The notes below the pieces were generated by a model. That model was not told where the DNA came from. It searched no databases and saw nothing but the letters and a program-made list of their open reading frames with translations. DNA of 64,000 nt from contig CM059426.1 of assembly GCA_030390025.1 (NCBI GenBank), forward strand, positions 94,922,001-94,986,000, written 5' to 3'. Numbering within the stretch: the first letter of the stretch is position 1; each line of letters begins with the position of its first letter. Positions 49,201-61,596 of the stretch are shown piece after piece. The DNA comes from Squalus acanthias (Eukaryota). Both the position numbers and the translations under genes were made by a program.

Positions 49201-49391
49201 TGTGCCATGGCAAAGTAATGTGCTGAGAGGACTAGCACCCTGCCATTTCTGCATCACAGAGACTGACTATGCAGCACCAGGGGCTGGTCGTGCCTGCAAA
49301 ACAAACAGCTGGCTTCATGGTAGAATGGAGCAAGGTTGCTGGCATTATGAAGGGTGCTGGATTACTGGATGCTGGAAAAATCAAAGGGGTA

Positions 49392-50632
49392 ATAACAACT
49401 TGCATTTATATAGCGCCTTTAACGTAGTTAAACATCCCAAGGCATTGCACAGGAGCATAAGCAGACAAAAATTGCCACCAAGCCAAAGAAGAAGACATTA
49501 GAACAGGTGACTAAAAGCTTGGTAGGTTTTAAGGAACGTCTTAAAGGAGGAGAGAGAGTTGGAGAGGTGGAGAAGTTTAGGGAGGGAATTCCAGAGCTTA
49601 GGGTCTAGATAGCTGAAGGCATAGCTGCAAATGGTAGAGAGAAGTCGGGGATGCATAAGCGGCAAGCGTTGGAGGAACGCAGAGTTCTTGGAGGGTTGTA
49701 GGGCAGAAGGATGTTACAGCGATAGGAAGGAGCGAGGCTATAGAAGGATTTGCACATGAGCAGAATTTTAAAATTGAGGCGTGCTGGACCAGGAGTCAAT
49801 GCAGGTCTGCGAGCACAGGGGTAATGGGTGAATGGGGCTTGGTGCGAGTTAGGATACGGGCAGCAGTGTTTTGAATGAGCGCAAGCTTATGGAGGGTGGA
49901 AGATGGGAAGCCATCCAGGAGTGCATTGCAATAGTCAAGTCTGGAGGTAACAAAAGCATGGATAAGGCAGGGCAGAGACGGGTGATATTACGGAGGTGGA
50001 AGTAGGCGGCCTTGGTGATGGAAAGGATATGGGGCTGGAAGCTCAGCTCAGAGTCACAAGGATGCCAAGGTTACAAACAATCTGGTTAAGTCTCAGATAG
50101 TGGCCAGGGTGTGGGATGGAATCGGTGGCTAGGGAACAAAGTTTGTTGTGGGGACTGAAGACAATGGCCTCAGTCTTCCCAATGCTTAATTGAAAGAAAT
50201 TTAGGCTCATCCAGGACTGGATGTCGACGAACAGTTTGACAACACAGAGGCAGTGGAGTGGTCGAGAAAGATGATGCTGAGGTAGAGCTGGGTGTTGTCA
50301 GCATACGTGTGGAACCTGACATGTTTTCGGATGATGTTGCCGAGGAGCAGCTTGTAAATGAGAAATAGGAGGGGGTCAAGGATAGATCCTTGGGGGACTC
50401 CAGAGGTACTGTGCGGGGGCAGGAAGAGAAGCCATAGCAGGAGGTTCTTTAGGTACGACTGGATAGGTAAGATTGGAACCAGGCAAGTGCAATCCCACTC
50501 AGCTGGACAAGGCATTGGAGGAGGATGGTGTGGTCAACCGTGTAAAAGGCTGCAAACAGGTCGAGAATGATGAGGAGGGATAGTGCACCATTGTCACAGT
50601 CACATAGGATGTCATTTGTGACTTTGATTATG
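49392..50632 (-). mobile_element. L2 LINE fragment (RT to tail)
   Basis: [25 protein letters not shown]; tail aacaacttgcatttatatagcgcc at 49394. Confidence 0.9.
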
Positions 50633-51790
50633 GTATGTCACTTGAAGGTAAAATGGAATGAAAAAGAAAATCGGGCGGCATTTAAAACAGGCTGCTGACT
50701 TGCTAGCGCCCATTTTGCGCAAGACAAATTTCACTCCCAGATGCATTTAAATGTTCGGTTAAAAGCAAAATGTATTCAAACAAGTTTTTTTAAGAAGCAC
50801 GGAGACGAAAAGTGGTTAAAATGTTAATTTTCTCCAAATGATTTTAAACAATAAGCTGGAAGAAGAAGGTGAACTGTTTTAACACTGTGGACAGTGTCTG
50901 CAGGACCTGGGAGAAAATGCAGGAAAAGATGACATTCTGTAAGGCAAGGTAAGCTCATCAACAGTACCCTGTACCAGGTTGAGGATGCAAGATACCATGT
51001 CACAAAATGTTGCCTTTCAACTTATTCCACATGCACCATTTGTCCATGCCAAACCCTCACACAACCCAATGGCTGTTTCATTGCATCTTATGCATGCTCA
51101 CATTTCAGCAGGGCAACTTACAATGGAAAGCCTTACTATTCTTATCTCCCAAGGGCATACACATCAAACTACTGAAACACAAACGTGGTCACTTATGACA
51201 CACAAGACAGACATATGGCAGACACCAGTGATTTCTTGCACTTGGGAATTGCAGCAGTGTAGTGACGATGGACAACTGTATCATGCCATTCAATGGGAAA
51301 GCAGACAAGAGTGAACACCACCCAGACCGATGCATCAGGCACCTGTTTGATTTGTGTGCAACTTAATAGCCGATAGTGCAGTGATAACTAGCAGTAAACT
51401 ACAAATAAAACAGTTGAGGGAATTTCCGTCCCTATGTTGCAATTTGCCTGCAGGCGTGCTTGCTGCAGATGGCAAAGCTGTGAAACTGACGCCCAGTTGG
51501 CCCAAAGGAAGTTGAGGCATTTCTCCTCAGTCAGTGACAGGGTAAGTGAGCCAAGATTTGCATATACAGGCTAGGGCCTGTTGTTCTCTGGAAACCTTTT
51601 TTTCATTTTGCATAACCTAAACCACAAAATATCGTATTTGAGTAACTTTAAAAACAAATTTACCGTAAGGAGTTAAAAAATTTGAAATAAATACAAGAAA
51701 TTGAAAGATCAAATATATGGAAAAATCTTTACTAATAGCAACAATGCACTAAAAATCTTGTAAACATTGAAAAAATTACAAAGAAACAAA

Positions 51791-51933
51791 GGAGGTAATT
51801 TTAACCTAACCCGGTGGGAAACTGACAAGATTAGATCCGCCAGCCGCTTTACTTTCCATTGAAGTCAAGTAAAACTGGCGTCCGATCTGATCATGTCAGT
51901 GTCCCACCGAGCGGCTTAGTTTAAATTATTCCC
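51791..51933. repeat. Short fold-back MITE (~143 bp imperfect palindrome)
   Basis: Ends ggaggtaattttaa / ttaaattattccc; nested complementary blocks ggtggga/tcccacc, ctgaca/tgtcag, agatc/gatct, cgccag/ctggcg, tttact/agtaaa. Confidence 0.8.
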
Positions 51934-52375
51934 TAAGCTTTTGCAATTTTAAGCCCTGCATCGGGAGAGTTCCCCTTGCTTCTATTTCAAATGGGCACTG
52001 AAGGGAAAAAAACACATTATGGTGCTTTATGCTCTTTTAAATATGGTTGCATGAAACCTGAGGCTTTAATAAGGCTTACTCATTCTTATGAGCAAGCCAC
52101 CAGCACCACAGTGGCTTCCCCACCATATTAAAAGCACAACTGCCTTAGGCTTCAGCCCCAAATAATGCGGTGAGCAAGTGTCTGGAAGGCAGGTGTTGCA
52201 CTTGGAATATAGCAACCTTGATGGGTGTTTGGAAAAGGATTCCTATGAATAATAGCTCTTGTGTAGACACAATTAGGATTTTTGGTCACAAACCTCAGAT
52301 ATTCCAGCAATGGTCGGACCCACTGGCTTGTTGGAGCATGCCTCTGCCGGCTAGCCATTTAGATACAAATGTGTA

Positions 52376-53690
52376 GGCCGGAATTTTGCCGGCACTCAGC
52401 GGACAGGATGGGTGGCGGGTCAGCTGTTAAATTTAAAATGATTGACAGCAGGTCGGGAACCCGCTGTCAAAACGCGCACACTGGACTTTCCAGATGCTGG
52501 GTCTGCGAGCGCTGAGCAGACCCGACAGGCAGCGGCGGGGGAGGCAATTAAAATCATTAGTGGCTTGTTTACAGCCACATATCGATGGTTTTTTCCCAGC
52601 TTTTTGGATTTGACAGGTTGCCTACCGGTTTCCCGCTGTGTCTAGACCTTGTCTGTGAAGCTGAGGTGGGAGGTCAGTGGCCATTGAATCAGCTGTTGAG
52701 TTGACAGCTTCAAATGTCCAGTAAAAGCTCCCACCTTAGATATATCTTCCCTCAGCCACAAGCTCTTCCTCACTGCATTTCCACAACAGATTCACCATGC
52801 TGCAAGTCTTTACACAAGTCTCCATCCAGTCTGACCTCATTACCTCTCTCACCATTGACAGATCGTTTCTGTCATCTCTACTTCACCTGCCATCTATTCC
52901 ATCAGCATGGGTGTCCTTTATACTCTCTCACCTTTGTCCTCAGAATCCCACCACGATCAGCCCCAACAACACCAACCTCCTCCGCAATCAACTGATGCTG
53001 CACAGGACAAGAGGGCATCAGCACCCGACCACATTGCTGTTCGGGAGGCCAGGGATGGCCTCACCATGGCCAGATTTACTTCACTTGATGCTGTACACCC
53101 CACACCAACACCATAAAGCACCCCTACAATGCCCAAGCCATTCCTTTCACACTCATCACCATTGCGGGGGGTACCATATGTTTCACTATTCATTGCAACT
53201 CACTAAGCCACTTCCAAAGGTGCACTCAAATCTGTCTAACGCAAAGTGTTGAAAATAAAGGTTTCAATGTTTGACACCACATTAACAGAAACTTTACATG
53301 AACATTGCATCAAACACCCAAGTGCCTACCTTGTGTGTTGTTAGTTGGTATGATTGCACTAGGATAAGGGTGAGTGTGAGGGGTGCCTAGTGAGATGGGG
53401 AAGTGATAATGTAGATAGAGAGGGATGGGTGGAGGTGCAAGGTAAGTTGGTGTGAGTAAGGATGTGCAGGAGTAGGGTCGGGAAGGCAGAGTGATGGGGA
53501 TGTGATGAGAGGCACAGCAGGATGAGGTTGAATGTGGCTTTGTACTAACGTTTTGTGATCTACTGAGATAATTAAAATGCGGCACTGCATCCTGACCACA
53601 TCCCTGTTCTGCAATGTGCAACCAGGCTGTGCTGATCTCCTGGGGAGGTCTCTTCCGCCCTGTGTGCTGTGATTCCCTCCATAAGCATAT
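52376..53690. mobile_element. Internally deleted Harbinger related to element 1 (mini-transposase ORF +, Myb exon 1 remnant -)
   Basis: Left end ggccggaatttt resembles 23202. ORF 52907-53116 joins transposase N- and C-termini. cacccaagtgcctaccttgtg matches 25198-25219. Myb remnant RKRPPQEISTAWLHIAE at 53550-53690. Confidence 0.82.
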
Positions 53691-54265
53691 GATCATATAA
53701 GCGATGAAGATCATGTCAATTGTGCCCCTTAGTGGGCGGAATCCGCATTGCGACTCTGGGAGGAGCTCTTCAGCCACTGGGAGAAGGCAATTGAGGAGGA
53801 TTCTTGCGATAACTTTCCCTGTGGCAGATAGCAGGGAAACTCCTCTGTAATTACCGCAATTGAACTTGTCACCTTTCTTGAAGATGGTCACAATTACGGC
53901 ATCTCTGAGATCCCCTGGAATGCTCTCCTCCTTCCAGATAAGAGAAATGAGTTCATGAATTCGCGCCAGTAGTGCTTCTCCGCCATGCTTTAGCGCCTCA
54001 GCAGGGATTCCATCTGCTCCTGAGACCTTGTTGTTCTTCAGTTGTCGGATGGCCTTTTCAACCTCATGCCGGGCTGGGGTTGTGCTGAGATGGTGGCGGG
54101 TAGCATGCTGCGGGATGGAGTTGAGGACACTCGCGTCGAAGACAGAGTCCCGGTTAAGAGATCTTCGAAGTGCTCCTTACAGCGGGCATTGACTGCCTCC
54201 ATTCTTGGCCCGCAGTGGGGTAGGACCTTGGGTGCTTGGGCCGTAGGTGGTCTTGACTGCGCTAA
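53691..54265 (-). mobile_element. RTE-clade LINE internal fragment
   Basis: TIFKKGDKFNCGNYRGVSLLSATGKVIARILLN...PESQCGFRPLRGTIDMIF; near-identical to 61600-61850 in the opposite orientation. Confidence 0.9.
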
Positions 54266-54419
54266 GGTATAGCTGTGGTGTATCTCAACTGGGAAGGAAT
54301 GCTTGCATTCTAGTCATCAAACAAGATATGCACTGGATAAGCACCATGGCCAGTTCCCACTGCTGTGATCCCAGTCATGAAGTGGCATCTTTCACGCTAT
54401 CTTGTTGTCCTGTTCAGCC

Positions 54420-55315
54420 TCACCGGGTCCGTTTTTTGGGCGCTAAATGGCTTCCTAAGCCTCCAATATAGTGGGCAGAAAACGCACATGAGCCGGAACT
54501 GCGTCACCCGGCATATTGGTAAAGACCAAAAAATCGGCATGCAGAGCCCACGCCTGAAACAGGCATTAGGCCCCTTATTTGCATATGCTAAGAGCCTAAC
54601 GTCCGTTTGAAGCCTCCACTGCAAGAGTGATTTGCCCCGAGGCGGTCGGCGCCATCTACACTCAGGAAAACCACCCCTACATGCAGCCTAATAAGCGGTG
54701 CTTAAAGGAACTGCCTGTCAGGCCACAAACAACAAGGTAATTCTTTTAAATACACTTACGTGAATGTGCAGCCAGATGGAGCAGGAGTGCTCCTCCAGAC
54801 CCCACATTGAAAGAACATAAGAACATAAAAATTAGGAGCAAGTATAGGCCATATGGCCCCTTGAGCCTGCTCCATCATTCAATAAGATCATAGCTGATCT
54901 TCGACCTCAACTCCACTTTCCCTCATGTTCTCCATGCTGCTTGATCCGGACCACTGCTTGATCCGGACCACTGAAATACACCGATAGATTCCCCCCAATT
55001 ACTGCCGCTCACTCCCCCGATGGACACCAAAGCCCTTCCTAATCGCCACCTCTCTTCTCCCCCCCCCCCCACCAGATGGACACCGATCATCACCACTACG
55101 TCCTGACCCGAACACCCCTTCTCCTGTTCGCCCCACTTGTTTACTTACCTGAGAGCTGCTGAGACACCAACAGTGGCCCCATCTTCACTTACCAGCAAGC
55201 TGCCTGTTGCTCTCCACAGCTTGATGGAAATGAGACCTGAGACCTAACATCGGGGGCGCCTCAGGCTTCATCATTCAGGTGCAGGGATTGTTCCCTGAGC
55301 CCTTATTTCTAGGCC
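54420..55315. mobile_element. Probable degenerate MITE containing a short CR1 tail (54812-54930, -)
   Basis: ggcgctaa motif, right end ttatttctaggcc, C-rich internal repeats; left boundary uncertain. Confidence 0.4.
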
Positions 55316-56369
55316 TTAAAAGTATATTTACCCTCTATCCTGGCCAATTTTATTAAAGCCACAAAAATGCAGAAGCGGGTTTAGTAGTTAAGGCAGAAAT
55401 TAGGTCAATATTCCAGATTAAATTGGATAGGTGGATGAAGAAAAAGGGATAAAGGGATTATGGGAACCAGGAAGGGTAAACGTGTTTAGGACTATTTGCT
55501 CATGTGGAGGGTAAACACCAACATGGGCTGGTTAGGCTGGATGGTTTGTATTATAACTTCTATGTAAAAGTTGCCTTAGGATCTATCAGCATCAAAATCA
55601 TATGAAATGGTCCTGTTTGGTTTAGTACCATTGTAACAAAAATGATGTATTTTTGTCCAATATTGTTTTGCTAGCTGTCACTTTAAAACTCAGTTATTGT
55701 ACAGAGGGATTTTAACTGTCAAAGCAATTAGTCTATTCAATGCAACGTTCCAAGGTATGTTGTTATGGTCTTCCTTGTTTCAGGCTTGAGGTAGTTTGAC
55801 CCACAATTTCCAAGAATATACAGACTTCAGAATTGGTTGAGTTTGAATTTGACTGAGTCTCACTTTGAATCAGAGGCCAGCTAGCCAAAAAACAGGGCCA
55901 CTGAAGTTCTGCAAGGCTTCTAGTGGTTCTGCGTTGGGATTCTGCTGGGATCCGACTGGAATAATGGCAGGTGCCCCGCAGCACTTAAAATGATTGCATC
56001 CAAGTCCAATACGCTCTATTGTGTATTGGCCACTGGCAAGGTTGACCAGAGTCAGCCCAACTGAAGTGGGCCACAGTGGCTGCCAGTCAGGATGAGATTG
56101 GAAAGAATGGCAGAACTCTGTAAACTTACATTACAAATACAATTTGAAAGACTTGCCAAGAACATGAAGGAAACACCTTTTTACATGTTCCAAGACTGCA
56201 GGAGAGTCCACAACTGTTTTGAGGACAAAACAAAGAGCTGATAAACTGTACTTGTAAACTTCTTCTGATGCTAGAGGCAAGAAAAGATCTGGTCAATCAA
56301 CGAGGAAGACAACTCAATGCCCTACATGCTCATTAGCAAGGCCACAGATACTTACGTACTTTTTCTTTT

Positions 56370-57810
56370 ATTATCCTAACTCGCACCAAGTCCTGTTCAC
56401 CCATAACCCTTGTGCTCGCTGACCTACATGGCCTCCAGGGCTGACAATGCCTTGGCCCAGAAATTGCAATCCGGATGACAGTGAACTGGCCGTGTTCGCC
56501 GTCATTCCGCCTTTAAAACTGACTGCAACTTTGGGATTTGGCAAGTTGCAATCTGTCATTCACTACTCCAACACAGGCTGAGCTGTGCACCCCACACCCC
56601 TTCCCCAACAGGGGCGGCAATCAGTGCAAATCCCTCAAATCGGCCCTTCTGCAGTAATTACGCTGTTAAATTCCCCACTAAAAGTTAGACCCAAAGGGAT
56701 TAGGTGTAACTGAGGTTTTAACAGCGTATTGACTGATAAACAAAGGTTACGGGCCTGAGAAACTAATTTTCATTTTGTGGAGTGTGAAATTTATCGATTT
56801 TAATAAAAATTAAAATTAAGAAACTTTTAAAAAAAGGTTTTTAATTTTTTTTTAAAAAGTTTGTTCATCTTTATTTCAGGTTTCTCTTCCCCATGTGAGA
56901 GTCCCAATCTTTGTTTTGCTCTTTCTAACATTTTTAAAAGGTTAGAATTTTAAGAGCTTACTCACTTCCTTGTTCGCTGTCTGTGAGAATTCTATGTTTT
57001 GATTGACTGCTAAGACAGCCTGTTGACATCATAGCAGTTCGCACAAGGGGATCCCCACTAACCTCCGTTGATTTGAATTAACGTTGGAAAACCCCAAATT
57101 CTCGACACAGAGATTGCGAGATCCTTATGCAAAGCGTACCTCAGGGCCTGCAGCGAACGATCTTCGCTTCGCCGCTGACCGCAAATTCCGGGCCCTTGAT
57201 TTTAAATTTCTTATCTTTGTGTTCAAATCCCTCCATGTCTTTGCGCCCCCCGCCCCCATCTCTGTAACCTCCTCCAGCCCTACAATTTTCTGAGATCTCT
57301 AAGATCCTCTAATTTTTATCACTCCAACATTGGCAGCTGTCCCTTCAGCTGTCTAAGCTCCAAGCTCTGGAATTCCCTCCCTAAACCTCGCCACATGTCT
57401 ACCTCTCTCTCCTCCTTGAAGTTGCTCCTTAAAACCACCTCTTTGACCACATTTTTGGTATCTCTTTTAATATCTCCTTATGTAGCTCGGTCAAATTTTG
57501 TCTGATAACATTCCTGTGAAGCACCTTGGGACGTTTTTACTACTTTAAAGGCGCTATATAAATGTAATTAAATGTCCCAAGGCCCTTCACAGGAGCGTTA
57601 AATTCCCTCCCTAAATCTCTGTGCCTCTCCACCTCCCTCTCATCCTTTAAAACCCTTCTTAAAACTCACCTCTTTGATCATACTTTTGGCAACTCCACCT
57701 AACTGCTCCTTCTTTAGCTTGGCATCCATTTTGTGATTGTGCCTCTGTGAGGCACTTTGGGACATTTTTCTACATTAAAAGTACTATATTATTGCAAGTA
57801 GTTGTTGTTA
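56370..57810 (+). mobile_element. L2 LINE 3' end interrupted by a MITE, followed by a second L2 tail
   Basis: Aligns by eye with 1040-1500 (tatcctaactcgcaccaag...gattttaaa...ctctggaattccctccctaaacc); second tail at 57600-57810. Confidence 0.85.
56454..57194. mobile_element. Harbinger-type MITE (741 bp)
   Basis: TIRs GGCCCAGAAATT / AAATTCCGGGCC, TSD CTT (56451-56453, 57195-57197); L2 is contiguous across it. Confidence 0.88.
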
Positions 57811-58097
57811 AGCAAATATTTGTTGAGACTGTAAGAATATGCCAATAAGCAATTACATACCCTGCATTTGGACTTGTCCAATGCCAAAGTTAATGGGCAG
57901 AATACGCTACCACAAGGATATGCTGATCGGGTTAGATGAAGAGGGATGGGAGGAGGCTTGTATGGAGCATAAATACCGGCATAGACCAGTTGAGCCAAAT
58001 GGCCTGTTTCTGTGCCTGTAGACTTGATATAATCTATGTAATTGTATGCAATTTAAAAAAGGGTTATCTTTTTACTGTGATGAACTATGAAAAGTTA

Positions 58098-61000
58098 ACA
58101 TAAGAACATAAGAAATAGGAGCAGGAGGAGGCCATTCGGCCTCTCAAGCCTGCTCTGCCATTCAATAAGATCATGGCTGATCTGATCATGGGCTCAACTC
58201 CACTTTTCTGCCTGTTCCCCATAACCCTTGACTCCCCTGTAATTCAGAAATCTGTCTATCTCAGCCTTGAATATATTCAATGACCCAGCCTCCACAACTC
58301 TCTGGGGTAGAGAATTCCAGAGATTCACAACCCTCTGAGAGAAGAAATTCCTCCTCATCTCCGTCTTAAATGGGTGACCCCTTATCCTGAAACTATGCCC
58401 CCTAGTTCTAGATTCCCCCACGAGGGGAAACATCCTTTCAGCATCTACCCTGTCAAGCCCCATCAGAATCTTATGGGGGAAAAATACGGTATTGCCCATT
58501 TTGGGGCGCTAATATCGGCCGGGCGCAAAGTTTAGTGCCCGGCGCTAATTATCACCTCCGACTGCAAAATTCGCCTCTATCGCCCCTGGAGGTGATTTGA
58601 GCGCTAAATCAGGCGCTACACACCTCTCTTAAGGTGCAAATGTCAGGGTGCGAGGCGCTACCTCAGAACGCTACCGAAGCTCAGGCGATGTCAATTACCA
58701 TGGAAGCCACACAGACTGGCGCTGTCCAGTTCTTAAAGTGGAGGGGCCATCTTGCTGCCCAGCCACTCCCTGCTCATTGTAGCCTTGAATCTCGGCCTGG
58801 AGAGACCTTGAAAGCAATTGTGTTGGAAGCACTAATGGATAGGCCCAGGGAAAGAGCTCGGCACTTAGGAACCTCAAAAGTGGTGCTGAGGGCCAAAACT
58901 CCTTAGGACAGCGTTAAAACCGAAAGTTTTGCCAACAGGAAAAGGCAGGAAGCGCCCTCCTTTAAATAGCGCTCCCCCAGCCCCTTTCAGACTTGAAAAC
59001 GTTCCCCTCTACCTGTCGTTCCTAGCGGCAGGCGCTAAGGCAGGGGGTGCGACTCAATATCCGGTCTGGGGTGTTACCGGGGCGTTGCACACTTGATTGA
59101 CGTCACGATCTGCGGGCGCAGGAGATCGTGGTGGTAGTGTTTAGCGCCGCCGCAAAATAACTGGTCAATTTCGCGAGTGGCGCTAAAATCGCCACACTCG
59201 AGCGCTAAGTTCCTAGCGCCTCGTTAGCGCCCCCCCGGAGGCGCTAACCAACCGAATTTTTCCCCCTATATGTTTCAATAAGATCACCTCTCATTCTTCT
59301 AAACTCCAATGAGTATCGGCCCAACCTGCTCAACCTTTCCTCATAAGATAACCCTTTCATCTCAGGAATCAACCTAGTGAACCTTCTCTGAATTGCCTCC
59401 AATTCAAGTATATCCCTCCTTAAATAAGGAGACCAAAACTGTTAGCAGTACTCCAGGTGTGGTCTCACCAACGCCCTGTACAGTTGTAGCAAGCCTTCCC
59501 TACTTTTATACTCCATACCCCTTGCAATAAAGGCCAACATTCCATTTGCCTTCCTAATTACTTGCTGTACCTGCATGCTAACTTTTTGTGTTTCATGTAC
59601 GAGGACACCCAGATCCTTCTGTACCGCACCATTCTGTAGTCTCTCTCCATTTAAATAATATTTTGTTTTTCTATTCTTTCTACCAAAGTGGATCACACAT
59701 TTTCCCACATTATACTCCATCTGCCAAATTTTTGCCCACTCACTTAATCTATCTATATCCCTTTGCAGACTCTTTGTGTCCTCCTCACTACAGTACTTGC
59801 TTTCCCACCTATCTTTGTATCATCAGCAAATTTGGCTACAGTACACTCGGTCCCTTCATCCAAGTCATTAATATAGATTGTAAATAGTTGAGGCCCCAGC
59901 ACTGATCACTGTGGCACCCCACTAGTTACAGTTTGCCAACCTGAAAAAGACACATTTATCCCAACTCTCTGTTTTCTGTTAGTTAGCCAATCCTCTATCC
60001 ATGCTAATATATTACCCCCAACACTGTGAGCTCTGATCTTGTGCAGTAACCTTTTATGTGGCACCTTATCGAATGCCTTTTGGGAATCCAAATACACTAC
60101 ATCTACTGGTTCCCCTTGATCCACCCTGCTCGTTACATTCTCAAAGAACTCTAATAAATTTGTCAAACACGATTTCCCTTTCATAAAACCATGTTGACTA
60201 AGTATTATGATTTTCTAAATGTCCTGCTACTACTCCCTTAATAATGGATTCCAGCAGTTTCCCAATGACAGATGTTAGGCTAACTGGCCTATAGATTCCA
60301 GCTTTCTGTCTCCCTCCTTTCTTGAATAAGGGCGTTACCATTTGCGGTTTTCCAATCCGCTGGGACATTTCCAGAATCTAAGGAATTTTGGCTATCTCTG
60401 CAGCCACTTCTTTTAAGACCCTAGGATGCAGGCCATCAGGTCCAGGGGACTTGTCAGCCTTTAGTCCCATTAGTTTGCCTAGTACTTTTTCTCTAGTGAT
60501 ACTGATTGTTTTAAGTTCCTCCCTCCCTTTTGCCCCTTGATTATCTATTATTGGGATGCTTTTAGTGTCTTCTACCGTGAAGACAGATCCAAAATATTTC
60601 CTTGTTTCCCATTATTAATTCTCCAGTCTCATCCTCTAAGGGACCAATGCTTACTTTAGCTACTCTCTTCTTACTGTCTGTTTTTATATTTCTTGCTAGT
60701 TTACACTCATAATCTATTTTCTCCCTCTTTATTATTTTTTTAGTCATCCTTTGCTGGTTTTAAAAAATTTCCCAATCTTCTGGCCTACCACTAATTTTTG
60801 CAACATTGTAAGCCTTTTCTTTCAATTTGATACCATCCTTAACTTCCTTAGTTAGCCACGGATGATTCATCCTTCTCGTAGAGTCTTTCTTTCTCACTGG
60901 AATATATCTTTGTTGAGAGTTATGAAATATCTCCTTAAATGTCTGCCACTGCTTATCTACCGTCTTACCTTTTAATCTATTTTCCCGGTCCACTTTAGCC

Positions 61001-61270
61001 AACTCTGTCTTCACACCATTATAATTGCCTTTATTTAAGTTTAAGACACTAGTTTCAGACCCAAATTTCTCACCCTCAAACTGAATGTGAAATTCTACCA
61101 TGTTATGATCACTCTTCCCTAGAAGATCCTTTACTATGAGATCACTAATTAATCCTATCTCATTACACATTACCAGATCTAAAATAGCCTGTTCCTTGGT
61201 TGGTTCCACAATGTATTGTTCTAAGAAACTGTCCCGAATACATTCTATGAACTCATCCTCAAGGCTACCT
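58098..61270 (-). mobile_element. CR1 LINE, 5'-truncated (end of endonuclease to tail)
   Basis: ORFs: AILDLVM...SDHNMVEF, PWLT, GKSCLTNLLEFF, WQMEYNVGKC, RVVNLWNSLP; tail acataagaacataagaa at 58098. Confidence 0.93.
58475..59266. mobile_element. GC-rich Harbinger-type MITE (792 bp)
   Basis: TIRs GGGGGAAAAAT / ATTTTTCCCCC, TSD TAT (58472-58474, 59267-59269); CR1 cagaatct-tat-atgtttcaat is contiguous across it. Confidence 0.9.
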
Positions 61271-61596
61271 TTTAAAGGTTTCAAAATGGCTGATGTGGTG
61301 ACATTAAATTCACATTACAGTGTAGCATTTGGTCTGCGACAATTTTCGGGCACCAAATCAGCACTGCGTACGCGTGGGTGCCATTAAATAGAGAAACTGA
61401 TCCCCGTGGCTCAGTAACATTGAGCAGGCAACTGCCACCACTACTTGCACTGTTCATTGGCAGCTTGCCTAACCCGAGACCTGAAAATGACATGTCCCTG
61501 ATGCTATATAACGGCAGCATGAGCCTCTTACGGGGAGGGGCACTTTTGCTGCTGAGCACTGGAATCTGCCGGGGACAATTCAGACATGCTTGACAC

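Noticed and set aside
53310-53891. 193-aa RT-Myb fusion ORF
   Set aside because: Chance read-through across the junction of an RTE fragment and a deleted Harbinger. It continues into intron sequence, has no true ATG start and both domains are truncated.
61271-61596. Discrete MITE between the CR1 and the RTE
   Set aside because: It contains Harbinger-like motifs (ttcaaaatggctgatgtgg, aattttcggg) but no paired TIRs or TSD, so boundaries cannot be supported.
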